From positions 1,088,001 through 1,152,000 of the forward strand of contig CBDANS010000007.1 in the NCBI GenBank assembly GCA_965197745.1: a stretch of 64,000 bases of DNA. Direction: 5' to 3'. Positions 51,802-62,623 of this stretch are shown one piece after another. The DNA is from Opitutales bacterium (GTDB lineage Bacteria; Verrucomicrobiota; Verrucomicrobiia; Opitutales; PNEW01). Position numbers and translations under genes: made by a program. The notes beneath the pieces were generated by a model. It had not been told where the DNA came from. It saw only the letters and a list, made by a program, of their open reading frames with translations, and made no database searches. Position 1 is the stretch's first letter. Every line of letters begins with the position of its first letter.

Positions 51802-52602
51802 ATGCCGGAAGTCCCACCCATAGTCCCTTCTCAATTGAATCCCGATATCAGTCCGGAGTTATGGAGTGATGTGGAATTTTTTAAGAAGTGGGGGTATCTG
51901 ATTGTCGATAACGCTATCAGCGGGGATGAGGTGAATGTTCTACGCGAAGCTTTCGATGATATGCTCATAAGGGGAGAAAAGAAACGTGATACTAAGCTGA
52001 AGAAAAAGAAAGGCAGTAAGAATTTTATTAATGAACAGTTCACAAAGCAACTCCTCGAAGTGGACGACCGTTTTGCCTTTCTTTTAGACAATCCACCGGT
52101 CCTGAAATATATGAAAGCGATTTTAGGTAATTGCCTGCAACTCCACAGTGCCACGTCGCGAATTACCCATCCGGGTGATCCGGATCAGGACTGGCATCGG
52201 GATGGCCCTTGGCCCATGGACCCCGAAGGGACCCCTTTTGGGAGCATTCCCGGGCAAATAAATTGCCTTTATTTTCTCGATGATCTGACGATGAATATCG
52301 GACCAACTTTAATTGTCCCGGGAAGTCACCGCGTCCCTTTTGCACCGCCCGAAGGGCATCCCCGATTTCCTAATGAGAAGCATATTTTAGCTAAACCCGG
52401 CCAGGCGGTATTGATCGATGGGTGGATTTACCACCGGGGCACGGCCAATAAATCCCGAAAAAAACGAAGAGGATGTTATATGTGTTACCAGAATGCCTGG
52501 ATGAAATCGCGTGAAACTTTTGATGGTCCACGTATAAAAAAAATACGAGAACATGGAACGCCGGAGCAGCGATTATTACTTGGTGAAGTCAGGGCATGGT
52601 AA
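51802..52602 (+). CDS. PhyH-family Fe(II)/2OG dioxygenase
   Basis: WHRD, VPGSH, YHRG. Confidence 0.88.
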   Translation: MPEVPPIVPSQLNPDISPELWSDVEFFKKWGYLIVDNAISGDEVNVLREAFDDMLIRGEKKRDTKLKKKKGSKNFINEQFTKQLLEVDDRFAFLLDNPPVLKYMKAILGNCLQLHSATSRITHPGDPDQDWHRDGPWPMDPEGTPFGSIPGQINCLYFLDDLTMNIGPTLIVPGSHRVPFAPPEGHPRFPNEKHILAKPGQAVLIDGWIYHRGTANKSRKKRRGCYMCYQNAWMKSRETFDGPRIKKIREHGTPEQRLLLGEVRAW

Positions 52603-52650
52603 ATCTACAAAGTAGATAGAAAAGCGATCAATAATAGAGGATAAAATACA

Positions 52651-53079
52651 ATGGAGATATTCAAACTAAGTGCTGTATTATTTTTTTTGGCGGCAATTAT
52701 TATTCCTTCCTCTGAAGAGAAGGGTGATAAATCAACGGTTGAATTGGAACCCCTGGTATCCGTAGCTGAAATGAAAGACGGTGGAGCCTACGGGAAAGTG
52801 CTCAGTATCAGTTCTGAGTTCGGAAATATTAATACCGAATTTATAGATTCAGATTTGAAGGCGTTGGGGATCGAGCCTGAATCGTATTTTCGAATGAAAT
52901 ATAATAAATTTTCGGTTAAAGTTTTTTTTGGTAAAAATTACAGTGATGTCCCCAATGGCGATTGGGTAGCTCTCTGGCGCGACAGAAGACTGCGCATTGC
53001 CCGCAACTCAGAAAATGCGGCACAAACTCTCGGTTGCCAGGAAGGGGATAAGTTATTTATAGAGGCGATAACTAATTAA
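52651..53079 (+). CDS. Secreted protein resembling the C-terminal domain of SAM hydroxide adenosyltransferase/chlorinase (DUF62)
   Basis: GKV..I..FGNINT, YSDVP.G, LRIARN..NAAQTLG..GD. Confidence 0.6.
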   Translation: MEIFKLSAVLFFLAAIIIPSSEEKGDKSTVELEPLVSVAEMKDGGAYGKVLSISSEFGNINTEFIDSDLKALGIEPESYFRMKYNKFSVKVFFGKNYSDVPNGDWVALWRDRRLRIARNSENAAQTLGCQEGDKLFIEAITN

Positions 53080-53082
53080 TTT

Positions 53083-53652
53083 ATGGAGAAAAATTTTGAG
53101 AGTGTCGTGAAAGAGAAACTTTCGGTCGCCATGTACCGGGAGAATCTCGATGACATTCCTCAATTTTCACTGCCCGCGGGTTTTTCAATCAGGCCATTTC
53201 AGCCAGGTGATGACAAGACGTGGGTTAATATCCAAAATGCAGCGGATAATTACTCTACTTTTACTCTCCAAAGTTTTCAGAAGGAGTTCGGATCGGATAT
53301 CCCGTTACTCAAAAAGCGAGTAAGATTTTTAACGGATAGTGGGAAAAATGACATTGGGACTACATCGGCGTGGTTTTATGATTACAAGGGACAACATTAT
53401 GGTCTCATCCATTGGGTTGCGATTCTCCCCGAGTGGCAGGGGCGTGAACTGGCTAAACCTTTGATGACAACGATATGTAATCTATTGAAAGAACTGGGCC
53501 ATGATAGAGCCTTATTGCATACCCAGTCTATGCGCTTCCCGGCAATTAAGCTGTATTCCCGGATGGGCTTTTTATCCTTAATTAGAAACGAACAGGAGCA
53601 AATCGCCTGGGACGTAATCCTTGAAAAGATTAATGCTGATTTCCGCGTATAA
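53083..53652 (+). CDS. GNAT N-acetyltransferase
   Basis: IHWVAILPEWQGRELAK, AIKLYSRMGF. Confidence 0.85.
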   Translation: MEKNFESVVKEKLSVAMYRENLDDIPQFSLPAGFSIRPFQPGDDKTWVNIQNAADNYSTFTLQSFQKEFGSDIPLLKKRVRFLTDSGKNDIGTTSAWFYDYKGQHYGLIHWVAILPEWQGRELAKPLMTTICNLLKELGHDRALLHTQSMRFPAIKLYSRMGFLSLIRNEQEQIAWDVILEKINADFRV

Positions 53653-53655
53653 AGG

Positions 53656-54270
53656 GTGCCAAAATTGCCTGACCATGAAAAACAGGGGTGTCCCCCTCAA
53701 TCGGGACCGACGATCCGTGCTTTTTTTGCTATCGCGCTGATAAATACTGTCAGGTCGGAATTAAATAACATAATCAATGAACTCCACCTGCGAAAAGGTG
53801 GTGACCGGGTACGGTGGGTCCGAGCAGAAAACCTCCATGTGACATTACATTTTCTGGGAAACATAGCATCGGATATTGTCCCGGATCTACTGAATAAGGT
53901 TGCTCTAGAGTTAGAAGATGAGGAAATATTCACCTGTCATTTGACATCGTTAGATCTGTTTCCGTCGGCAAAACGACCACGCGTTATTGCCCTCAGGTTA
54001 GGATCCGAAAAATATTTAATAGAGCTATCCGATGCCATTAAGCGCGGGGTTTCCGCTTTCGGGCTCCCTTCTGATCCGCGTCCTTTTAAAGCACATCTTA
54101 CTTTGGGAAGATTGCCGGGGACAACCTATCCATCGACAAAGAATGTGTCACTCGATGGGAATACACCCATAACCGTAAGTGAAGTATTATTGTATCAAAG
54201 TGAACTTCACCCTGACGGCCCGTTATATAAAGAAAGGGGAATGATAAAACTCGGCGCTGGTAAAAAATAA
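53656..54270 (+). CDS. thpR: RNA 2',3'-cyclic phosphodiesterase
   Basis: RAFFAI, two HxT motifs (HVTL, HLTL). Confidence 0.9.
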   Translation: MPKLPDHEKQGCPPQSGPTIRAFFAIALINTVRSELNNIINELHLRKGGDRVRWVRAENLHVTLHFLGNIASDIVPDLLNKVALELEDEEIFTCHLTSLDLFPSAKRPRVIALRLGSEKYLIELSDAIKRGVSAFGLPSDPRPFKAHLTLGRLPGTTYPSTKNVSLDGNTPITVSEVLLYQSELHPDGPLYKERGMIKLGAGKK

Positions 54271-54476
54271 AATGAGAAGATTGTTCATGCTTCCGGCGGC
54301 CACGACAACGCGTGGCCCTCCGGACAAAGATCAATATCTTACCTGGAATCTAAGAACCGATATTAATGCATATCTCATAACGCGCTAGGGACAGCGCGTT
54401 CCACCGCAACATTGACATGAAGAAGGGAAAACCACGCTACGCAAATGCATTGGTGATAAATAAAGGTGTGGAGAAA

Positions 54477-54590
54477 ATCTTCGTCTTCGTCTGTCTCTTC
54501 GTCTACGTCCCTTAATTATTTACGAAATTACTGGTAATCCTATCTTTAACGAAGACGAAGACGTGAACGCAGACAAAGACGAAGATATTT
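54477..54590. terminator. Long imperfect inverted repeat (TCTTCGTC../..GACGAAGA) between convergent genes
   Basis: Palindromic arms visible; position suggests a terminator or REP. Confidence 0.45.
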
Positions 54591-54592
54591 AA

Positions 54593-55579
54593 TTATCCCC
54601 ACAATGTGGCATCAGGGGGGTAGACATAACCCTTTTCGTATCGGAGTCCATCGGGACGATCGTTGGTTAATAATAAGGGGCCATCTAAATCGACGACTTT
54701 TGCAAAGGACCCTAGCAAAGTGGCAGGCGCCATGGCCAGTGAAGTTCCGACCATGCAACCAATCATAATACTGAAGCCGGCATCACGAGCGGCGTGGGCG
54801 AGTCTAAGGGCCTCGGTTAATCCACCCGTTTTGTCCAGTTTGATATTAACCATTTCATAGAGTCCTTTCAGATTATTTATATCATTACTGGTATGGCACG
54901 ATTCATCTGCGCACAGGGGAACAGGGTGGTCAATTTCGGAGAGCTTTGCATCCTCTTCGGCAGGTAAAGGCTGTTCTATCATTTCGACGCCCTGGGAAGC
55001 GAGTTCGGAACCTAAACTTATCAATGTATCCAAGGACCACGCTTCGTTAGCGTCGATGATGACACGCGCTCCGGGAGCATTTTCGCGTACCGCAACTATC
55101 CGTTCAAGCACCTGGTGATTATCCAGTTTGATTTTTAAAAGTTGGGCGTCGGTTAACCGGGAAGCTGACCGTCCCATTACTTCCGGGGTATCCAAACTGA
55201 TCGTTTCTGCAGTGATCACTTCTTTAGGTTCTTCGATATCAGCTAACTGCCATGCGGGTTTTTCAGTCAACTTGGCTTCTAAATCCCAGAGCGCGCAATC
55301 TATAGCATTACGAGCGGCACCGGCTGGCATAACCGATTGTAAAGCGGTTCTATCCATACCTTCTTTTAAAGCAGCCTCTTGCGATTTGATAAGGGAAATC
55401 ACACCCTCAACCGTTTCATGATAACGCGGATAAGGAACTGATTCGCCACACCCCATCACTCCATTTTGGGTAATTTCTACGATAACAACGTGGGCTTCTG
55501 TTTTACTCCCCCGAGATATTGTAAATGCCGATTTCAACGGCCATATTTCAGCCTCAACTTTAATCTTTCTTGAAGCCAT
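54593..55579 (-). CDS. dgcA: N-acetyl-D-Glu racemase / dipeptide epimerase (enolase superfamily)
   Basis: FTISRG, KIKL, DANE, EQP, DES, NIKLDKTGG, DLDG; follows dgcN. Confidence 0.82.
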   Translation of the reverse strand: MASRKIKVEAEIWPLKSAFTISRGSKTEAHVVIVEITQNGVMGCGESVPYPRYHETVEGVISLIKSQEAALKEGMDRTALQSVMPAGAARNAIDCALWDLEAKLTEKPAWQLADIEEPKEVITAETISLDTPEVMGRSASRLTDAQLLKIKLDNHQVLERIVAVRENAPGARVIIDANEAWSLDTLISLGSELASQGVEMIEQPLPAEEDAKLSEIDHPVPLCADESCHTSNDINNLKGLYEMVNIKLDKTGGLTEALRLAHAARDAGFSIMIGCMVGTSLAMAPATLLGSFAKVVDLDGPLLLTNDRPDGLRYEKGYVYPPDATLWG

Positions 55580-55595
55580 TATTTATTCAGGAATA

Positions 55596-56594
55596 TCAGA
55601 CGTTAATATTGTCTATAATAGCGCCTACACCTGTCCGTATGGGATCGACACAGGGCAATTGATAGGTATCGGTATTTTCTTTGAGGCAATCAATTGCTGT
55701 CTTTTCAGACAGCTCTTTCGTATTTATCGCTATGCCCACCATCTTAGCTTGTGGATTGGTTAACTGTGCGGCTTCTACATTGGCTTTGAGGCAGGAAGCG
55801 ATATCAGGCAGGGACTTGTCAGGCAGTCCGCGCATGTTCTGCCGGGTGGGTTCGTGACACAGAACGAGGGCATCTGCCTGGGCTCCGTGCAGCAATGCTA
55901 AAGTAACTCCAGCAAAAGAGGGATGGAATAAACTTCCCTGACCTTCGATTATATCCCAATGATCTTCGTCGTTCGCAGGTGCGATTACTTCCGTGGCTCC
56001 CGACATGAAGTCAGCAATAACCGCATCTACTGATATTCCTTCACCGGCTATAAGGATACCCGTTTGTCCCGTAGCGCGAAAATCTGCCTTCCAACCTCTA
56101 TTTTTCATCTCTTTCTCAATGGCGAGTGCGGCATACATTTTACCTACGGAGCAATCTGTCCCGACGGTAATTAAACGTTTTCCCGATCTTTTCACCCCAT
56201 TACCTACGGGTAAATGCTGATCCCAATGTCGGACATCGAACAAACTGCAGTTATTTTTATCAGCAGCTTCACGGATTTCGGGTATGGCGTTAAGACGCGT
56301 GTGTAATCCTGCGGCGATATCGAGGCCCAATTCTAGAGCGCGCGTAAGGGGAGGGTGCCAGTAATCGGGAATGACGCCCCCCCGATTTGCGACGCCGATA
56401 ATGAGTGTCCTGGCGCCTTTTTCCACGGATTCTTCCAGGGACATATCATTCAAGCCCGAGTCGGCTTGACAGCCATCCAGTCGCATCTGTCCGAGGCACC
56501 AATCCGGTCGCCAATAAGCGACTCCATCAGCTGTCTTTGCCGCTAATTGATCATGAGCGTCACCTAAGAATAGTAAGTAAGGGTGCTTAATCAT
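55596..56594 (-). CDS. dgcN: D-Glu N-acetyltransferase (DUF1611)
   Basis: AAKTA.G, GTDCSVGKMY, RATGQTG, IEGQGSLFHP. Confidence 0.85.
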   Translation of the reverse strand: MIKHPYLLFLGDAHDQLAAKTADGVAYWRPDWCLGQMRLDGCQADSGLNDMSLEESVEKGARTLIIGVANRGGVIPDYWHPPLTRALELGLDIAAGLHTRLNAIPEIREAADKNNCSLFDVRHWDQHLPVGNGVKRSGKRLITVGTDCSVGKMYAALAIEKEMKNRGWKADFRATGQTGILIAGEGISVDAVIADFMSGATEVIAPANDEDHWDIIEGQGSLFHPSFAGVTLALLHGAQADALVLCHEPTRQNMRGLPDKSLPDIASCLKANVEAAQLTNPQAKMVGIAINTKELSEKTAIDCLKENTDTYQLPCVDPIRTGVGAIIDNINV

Positions 56595-56815
56595 ACATTA
56601 TCGAGTTTCTTTATAGGAATCTCCTGTTTAGTGAGCGAGGTAGTTTCTTTTTTCTTCAGCGTCAATTTATTTTGCGCAATGGCTCTGCCTATTATATTTC
56701 TAACATTCAGTATTCGTTCCACGAATTGTCACTCTGCCTCCTTTTTAAAGATTATCGATTATAGTTTGCACTATTGAGGGGTATTAAAGTAAAGTAAAAT
56801 TAATCGTTAATCCCG

Positions 56816-58024
56816 TTGCGTGGCACTTATATTCATATTCAAAGAGGACGGCAACCATTGGTATTACTGGTAATAGCTGTCGTTATTTTCGTTTATCCTT
56901 TCAGCATTGATACAATAGCGACAACCCCATCTTCGAGAAGTAAATTAGACCGTGATTTGATTAAAGCGGTAGGTGACGGGAAATCCACAATCGCGCGCTA
57001 TCTTCTCGCCACCGGAGCTGATCCCAACACGGAAATATCCGAGGGATGGACGGTCCTGATGGAAGCAGCTGAAAAGGGCAATAGGACACTGTTCGATAGT
57101 TTGCTGGCGCGAGGCGCAGACCCCGGGGCTCGCAGGCATGATGGCTACACCACATTAATGGCCGCGGCCAAAGGTGGAGATGAACATATATACAATGCGA
57201 TATTAACCGTGACCGGTTATGAAAGCGTCGTCAGCTCTGTCGGTTACTCACTTCTCATGGCAGCGGCTGCAGGTGGTAACGAAGCTATTTTTAATGCCGT
57301 CAGGCGACGGGGAATCAGTCTCGAGGCGAAAGATAATAACCATTACAGTGTTCTCATGGGCGCAGCAGAAGGCGGTAACCTGGAAATATTTAATAGCGTT
57401 TTAAAAGCTGATAAAAATGTGCTGGCTGTTGACAATAATGGTTGGACACTGGCCCATGCCGCGGCATCAGGCGGCAGTTCTGAAATATTTCACATCGTTC
57501 TTGATCGTGGTTGTGATATTCATGCCCGGAGCAATAATGGAAGCTCAGTCCTTCTAGCTGCGGTTATTGGAGGCAAGACTTCAATTATTACCCTTTGCCT
57601 TGAGGTGGGCATTGATCCCAATACAGGGGATGACGAGGGATCAACCCCGCTTATGCGAGCGATGAACAGGAGCAACCTATTTCTGGCGCGCTTTCTCCTG
57701 AAATCTGGCGCAGCTATCAACGCGCGCGGTAACACGGGATTAACCGTTCTTCATGAACAGGCGAAATCAGACGATTACGACAAACTGCAATTCTTGTTAA
57801 AGGCGGGGGCGGACCCTAATAAACCTGATGATTCAGGAAGGACAGCGCTCATGCATGCGGCAGGGAGGGGTGATTATCGCATTGTCAGGCTCATGCTGCG
57901 TCACGGTGCCAAACCGGAACGTGTAGATCATTCCGGTTTGAAGGCCAGCGATTATGCGGCAAACGCAAAAAAAAATAAAGTCGCGGCGATGCTTGAAGAT
58001 GAAGAAAGGAAATTGGCGCTTTAA
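56816..58024 (+). CDS. Secreted ankyrin-repeat protein
   Basis: About 10 G.T.LM.AA..G repeats after a hydrophobic N-terminus. Confidence 0.9.
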   Translation: MRGTYIHIQRGRQPLVLLVIAVVIFVYPFSIDTIATTPSSRSKLDRDLIKAVGDGKSTIARYLLATGADPNTEISEGWTVLMEAAEKGNRTLFDSLLARGADPGARRHDGYTTLMAAAKGGDEHIYNAILTVTGYESVVSSVGYSLLMAAAAGGNEAIFNAVRRRGISLEAKDNNHYSVLMGAAEGGNLEIFNSVLKADKNVLAVDNNGWTLAHAAASGGSSEIFHIVLDRGCDIHARSNNGSSVLLAAVIGGKTSIITLCLEVGIDPNTGDDEGSTPLMRAMNRSNLFLARFLLKSGAAINARGNTGLTVLHEQAKSDDYDKLQFLLKAGADPNKPDDSGRTALMHAAGRGDYRIVRLMLRHGAKPERVDHSGLKASDYAANAKKNKVAAMLEDEERKLAL

Positions 58025-58102
58025 GAGGATTCGCGCTACCCGAGATATTAGCGTTGCCTTGATCTCGATGACGGTTTAAATCGAACGCTGATTTATTAGA
58101 AT

Positions 58103-58178
58103 GGGGCCGTAGCTCAGTTGGAAGAGCGCCACAATGGCATTGTGGAAGTCGTCGGTTCGATCCCGATCGGCTCCACCA
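58103..58178 (+). tRNA. tRNA-Ala(GGC)
   Basis: GGGGCCG..CGGCTCC-ACCA, anticodon arm CCACA-ATGGCAT-TGTGG, GGTTCGATCC. Confidence 0.95.
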
Positions 58179-58323
58179 AACTTTGCGTTGCAAAGTTTGC
58201 CAGCCGTAGTTCCGCGATAGCGAGACGTAGGCTGGCCTTTCGTAATCATCAGCCAGCAACAACTGGCCTTTCCAAAAATCAGCCACCTACTCCTGGCACT
58301 TCGCAATCAACAGCACCCATTCC

Positions 58324-59229
58324 CTATCGCATCAAGGATTTTTGAAGCCTGACACGTGTAACGATCCTGATCGCGGGAACGATTTCCTCTACTTCAATGA
58401 TCAATGCCGTAAAAGTATTATCTTTAATCCCGGGGGCATTGAATGCGGTTCGATTAACCTGGTTAATACGTATGGGTTGGGAGGATTGGATATCCATTGA
58501 AATATTCGACCACGATATGAAATAAAAGCTTTCTGATTGAGTGATTTTTACTTCTTCATCGGTCCCGAGATTCCAATTTAAAGAAATCGGATATCTTTTC
58601 CCCAGTTTAAAATTAATGTCATCGCTGATTCTCATTTCCGTGTCACTCCAGTTGACGTCACGATGCCAGTGCGCGAGATCTTTATAACAGAGTGTTGGGT
58701 TGACGCGTAAATTGCCACCCTTGGTATCGAGATTGCGCACGTTGATAGAAGCTGGCTTGAGAAGAGGCACTTCGTTGAGCTGTAAAATATTATACATGGA
58801 TGGATCACCCTGCACCGCGGTTTCAAGGGAAGAGGATTCAACAGGATTGCCACCGGTTATGAGTATCGGTATTCCTTTATAAATAAAAGAAACATGCCCT
58901 CGTGCATAGGGAATATTATTTTGAATTTCCGGTGCTCCGAAAATTGAGACTATGGAGGCGTCGTCTTCCAGACTGTCACTCCACGCGATACGCATATTTT
59001 TGGTGTCAAAGGCAAAAATGGACGGTGCACCGATTCGATCACTGAATTTACTCCCTTCAGTAATGAATGAGAAAGACTGATCCTCAGATATTGTAGAAGC
59101 GTCACCCGTAGTCGGTGAAAATTGCTTTTCTGAAGACGATGAAGCTTGATCACTATTTTCTGACGCGGGCCCACAGGAGCATAGGGCCAGAGCAAAGACC
59201 AGAATAACTATCAAGGTATGGACCTTCAT
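58324..59229 (-). CDS. Hypothetical lipoprotein
   Basis: Signal peptide with lipobox-like LCSC and Ser-rich linker. Confidence 0.65.
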   Translation of the reverse strand: MKVHTLIVILVFALALCSCGPASENSDQASSSSEKQFSPTTGDASTISEDQSFSFITEGSKFSDRIGAPSIFAFDTKNMRIAWSDSLEDDASIVSIFGAPEIQNNIPYARGHVSFIYKGIPILITGGNPVESSSLETAVQGDPSMYNILQLNEVPLLKPASINVRNLDTKGGNLRVNPTLCYKDLAHWHRDVNWSDTEMRISDDINFKLGKRYPISLNWNLGTDEEVKITQSESFYFISWSNISMDIQSSQPIRINQVNRTAFNAPGIKDNTFTALIIEVEEIVPAIRIVTRVRLQKSLMR

Positions 59230-59370
59230 TTATAAGGTAAGGCAATAAAATTAGCTATGAGTCAAGTATCGATCGTGAACACTTGATTATCCTTATGGGA
59301 TATAATAAAAAACAGACCGGCTATCTCTGAGAAAAGGCCGGTCTGATTAATAAGTGTTAAATTAGGGGAA

Positions 59371-59733
<363 letters not shown>

Positions 59734-59794
59734 TTAATAGTTAGTCATTCAATAATTTCTTGGCAAGCCGAACTTTAAACTAATCTGGAGTTCA

Positions 59795-61180
59795 TTAACG
59801 GGTCCTCATCTGGAAGTCGCCGTAAGCCTCTTGTCCATGTTCACCGATGTCGAGTCCTTCAAATTCCTCCTCCTCCGAGACCCGAACCCCTACGGTTGCT
59901 TTCAAAATGCCGAAAACGGTCAGGGCAAATATAAAGGACCAGGCACTGATCGAAAGTGTGCCGATAATCTGCGTTCCGACAGAGTGTTCTGCGCTGAAGA
60001 TGCCGACAGCAATAGTTCCCCAATTACCGCAAATACCGTGCACCGATATGGCGCCGACGGGATCGTCTATTCTGAATTTGTCAAATATGAGGATAGCAAA
60101 TACTACGATTACACCAGCGATAAGGCCTATAATAACGGCTTCACCGACTCCGACCGAGTCCGCGCCAGCAGTAATTCCCACAAGCCCGGCGAGAATTCCG
60201 TTCAGGGCCATAGAAAGGTCAGGTTTTTTCAATACTGTCCATGAAGTGACGATGGAGGCAACTCCTCCCGCAGCTGCGGCCAGAGTGGTCGTTGTTACTA
60301 CATAGGAGATAAGAGCCGGATCTGCCGAGAGAACAGAACCCCCATTAAATCCAAACCAACCCAGGAAGAGGAGGAATACACCCATGGTAGCGAGCGGGAA
60401 ACTGTGCGCGGGAATGGGTCGAATTCTACCCCCTTCGAGGTATTTGCCCTTCCTCGGACCGAGTAAGAGCACGCAGGCCAATGCTCCGTAGCCGCCGAAA
60501 GCGTGGACGACGGAAGAGCCGGCAAAGTCATAGAAACCTTTGGTCTCAAGCCATCCACCGCCCCATTTCCAGGCCCCCGAGATGGGATAAGCAAGGGCGA
60601 CGAAAAGTGTCACAAATACCATAAAACTCGGCAGTTTCACCCGTTCTGCGACTGCCCCCGAGACAATCGTGGCCCCGGTCGCAGCAAACATCGCCTGGAA
60701 GAAAAAGTCGGTCCAGGTGGTCATATTCAACCCATAACCTTCTGGTGTCATAAATTTGAAATTTTCAATGTCGCCAAGGCTGGGAATAAAAAATCCAGCA
60801 AACCCGAGTATTCCGTTCTTAATTAAATTAAAATCTCCCGGATACATCAGATTAAATCCACAAATATAGTAAGTTAGTATACCGATCGAGATGATGAAAA
60901 CGTTTTTAAAGAGAACATTTACACAATTCTTTTGCTGAGTGAGGCCGGATTCCAAAGTGGAAAAACCAAGATGCATGATAAAAACCAGCATTCCCGCAAT
61001 GAGAACCCAGAGATTATCTACCATAAACTTGGTATAGATTATGGGCTGTTCCTGAAACTCGGCCACGGTTTCATAAGCTGGAGTTTCATTCTCCTGCCCG
61101 AAGAGAGGATTAATAAAAGGACATAACACCAATACCGTTAGGCCTAATATTAATCCTGATTTTTTTAATTGAGTCATCAT
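59795..61180 (-). CDS. amtB: Ammonium transporter (start moved downstream of the sigma54 promoter)
   Basis: FQAMFAAT..IVSGAVAER, DFAGS, GWFGFNGGS, DDPVGAISVHG. Confidence 0.93.
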   Translation of the reverse strand: MMTQLKKSGLILGLTVLVLCPFINPLFGQENETPAYETVAEFQEQPIIYTKFMVDNLWVLIAGMLVFIMHLGFSTLESGLTQQKNCVNVLFKNVFIISIGILTYYICGFNLMYPGDFNLIKNGILGFAGFFIPSLGDIENFKFMTPEGYGLNMTTWTDFFFQAMFAATGATIVSGAVAERVKLPSFMVFVTLFVALAYPISGAWKWGGGWLETKGFYDFAGSSVVHAFGGYGALACVLLLGPRKGKYLEGGRIRPIPAHSFPLATMGVFLLFLGWFGFNGGSVLSADPALISYVVTTTTLAAAAGGVASIVTSWTVLKKPDLSMALNGILAGLVGITAGADSVGVGEAVIIGLIAGVIVVFAILIFDKFRIDDPVGAISVHGICGNWGTIAVGIFSAEHSVGTQIIGTLSISAWSFIFALTVFGILKATVGVRVSEEEEFEGLDIGEHGQEAYGDFQMRTR

Positions 61181-61220
61181 ACCTGTATATAATTTAAAGT
61201 TCAGAGATATACCGCGTTTA

Positions 61221-61237
61221 AGCATTCCCTGTGCCAA
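61221..61237 (-). promoter_or_regulatory. Sigma-54 (-24/-12) promoter of amtB-glnK
   Basis: Minus strand TTGGCAC-AGGGA-ATGCT, correct GG-N10-GC spacing. Confidence 0.75.
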
Positions 61238-61563
61238 TACCCTCAAAAGAACTTATCCTACACGCTGCCAAACACCTGTCCGGAAAAGGATGAATTATGA
61301 TTTTATACTAATCCGGCTGGAATTTGCCTTATTTCTCAATAAGTGCCTGCCCATTTAATGTCTTTTCAGCTGATCGAGAACCCTCGTCATTATGATTTCG
61401 TAGGCTAAACATTTATAAATCCTGTATAATTTTAACCACTTATTCTTCCGGGTCATCTATTTATGCTTACTAAGAATTCAAGAAGGCAGTCTATTAAGAA
61501 TGACTTGCCCGGGCTAATCTTATAACCGTTGACCGGGAAACTGAATATAGTAGGAATAAGCAT

Positions 61564-62340
61564 ATGAAATTAAAAGACCGTACCGCTCTTGTCACCGGAG
61601 CAAGTAAAGGAATTGGGCGTGCCATTGCATTGGCCTATGCCAAAGAAGGAGCCAATGTGGCGATCACGGGTCGAGCGGTTGAAGAACTGAAATCGCTACA
61701 AGATGAAATCAATAATCTGGGAGGCCGCGCATCGGTGGTCGTTGCTGATCTGTTCTCACGCGATGAAGTGGATAAGGTTTGGGACCACTGCCAGAATAAT
61801 TTTGATAAGTTAGATATCCTCGTTAATAATGCTGGTATCGGAAGTAGCGCTAATCCAAAACCGGTAATAGACTTAGAGGAAAATTTCTGGGAGAAAATGC
61901 ATTTTATCAATTTAACCGTTCCCTTCCTTTTATCTAAATGCGCTTTGCCGAAGATGATTGAACAACAATACGGACGAATAATTAATATTTCTTCTATAGC
62001 GGGGAAATTGCCATCATTACATGGCGCTTCTTATACTTCCAGCAAAGCGGGATTGCTGGGACTTACTCGGACCCTGGCCCTGGAGACGGCAAAGGAGGGT
62101 ATTACGGTCAACGCAATATGTCCGGGACCGGTTCATACCGATATCCATGATAAAAGAATGGAATACGACTCGAAAAGACTGGGCATTACCAAAGATGAAA
62201 TTGCCGCGTCGTCTACCCCTTTGGGGCGCCGCCTGGAACCCCATGAATTGGCCCCCTTGGCGGTATTTCTCGCAAGTGATGAGGCCGCGGTAATTACAGG
62301 GCAGAGCTATAATATCGACGGGGGTATCCTGATGTCGTAA
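61564..62340 (+). CDS. SDR-family oxidoreductase
   Basis: TGASKGIG, NNAG, YTSSK. Confidence 0.9.
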   Translation: MKLKDRTALVTGASKGIGRAIALAYAKEGANVAITGRAVEELKSLQDEINNLGGRASVVVADLFSRDEVDKVWDHCQNNFDKLDILVNNAGIGSSANPKPVIDLEENFWEKMHFINLTVPFLLSKCALPKMIEQQYGRIINISSIAGKLPSLHGASYTSSKAGLLGLTRTLALETAKEGITVNAICPGPVHTDIHDKRMEYDSKRLGITKDEIAASSTPLGRRLEPHELAPLAVFLASDEAAVITGQSYNIDGGILMS

Positions 62341-62623
62341 ATAACACTAACAATTATAATAAAGAAATGAATAAATTGTGTATATTTGTAGGACTTACTA
62401 TCGGCAGCTACGTCGGATGGTGGGGCGGAGCACATTGGGGCATAATGTATGCGTTTATCCTCAGCTCGATCGGTAGTCTGGCCGATGTTTATCTCGGGTG
62501 GCGTATTAACCGGCAATTTTTCAGCTAGTGATGAGCGTCAACTGAAAGACTGGGGTCAAAAGTTTAAATAGTTCGATTTTAACCCATTCTTCTCCTTCGT
62601 CTTTCGACCTGAGACAAATTTTA

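Noticed and set aside
61181..61246. Longer amtB start given by the ORF track
   Set aside because: It overlaps the sigma-54 promoter; ATG at 61180/61177 followed by a signal-like segment is more plausible
61320..61365. NtrC binding sites upstream of amtB
   Set aside because: Only weak partial matches to TGCACCA-N-TGGTGCA
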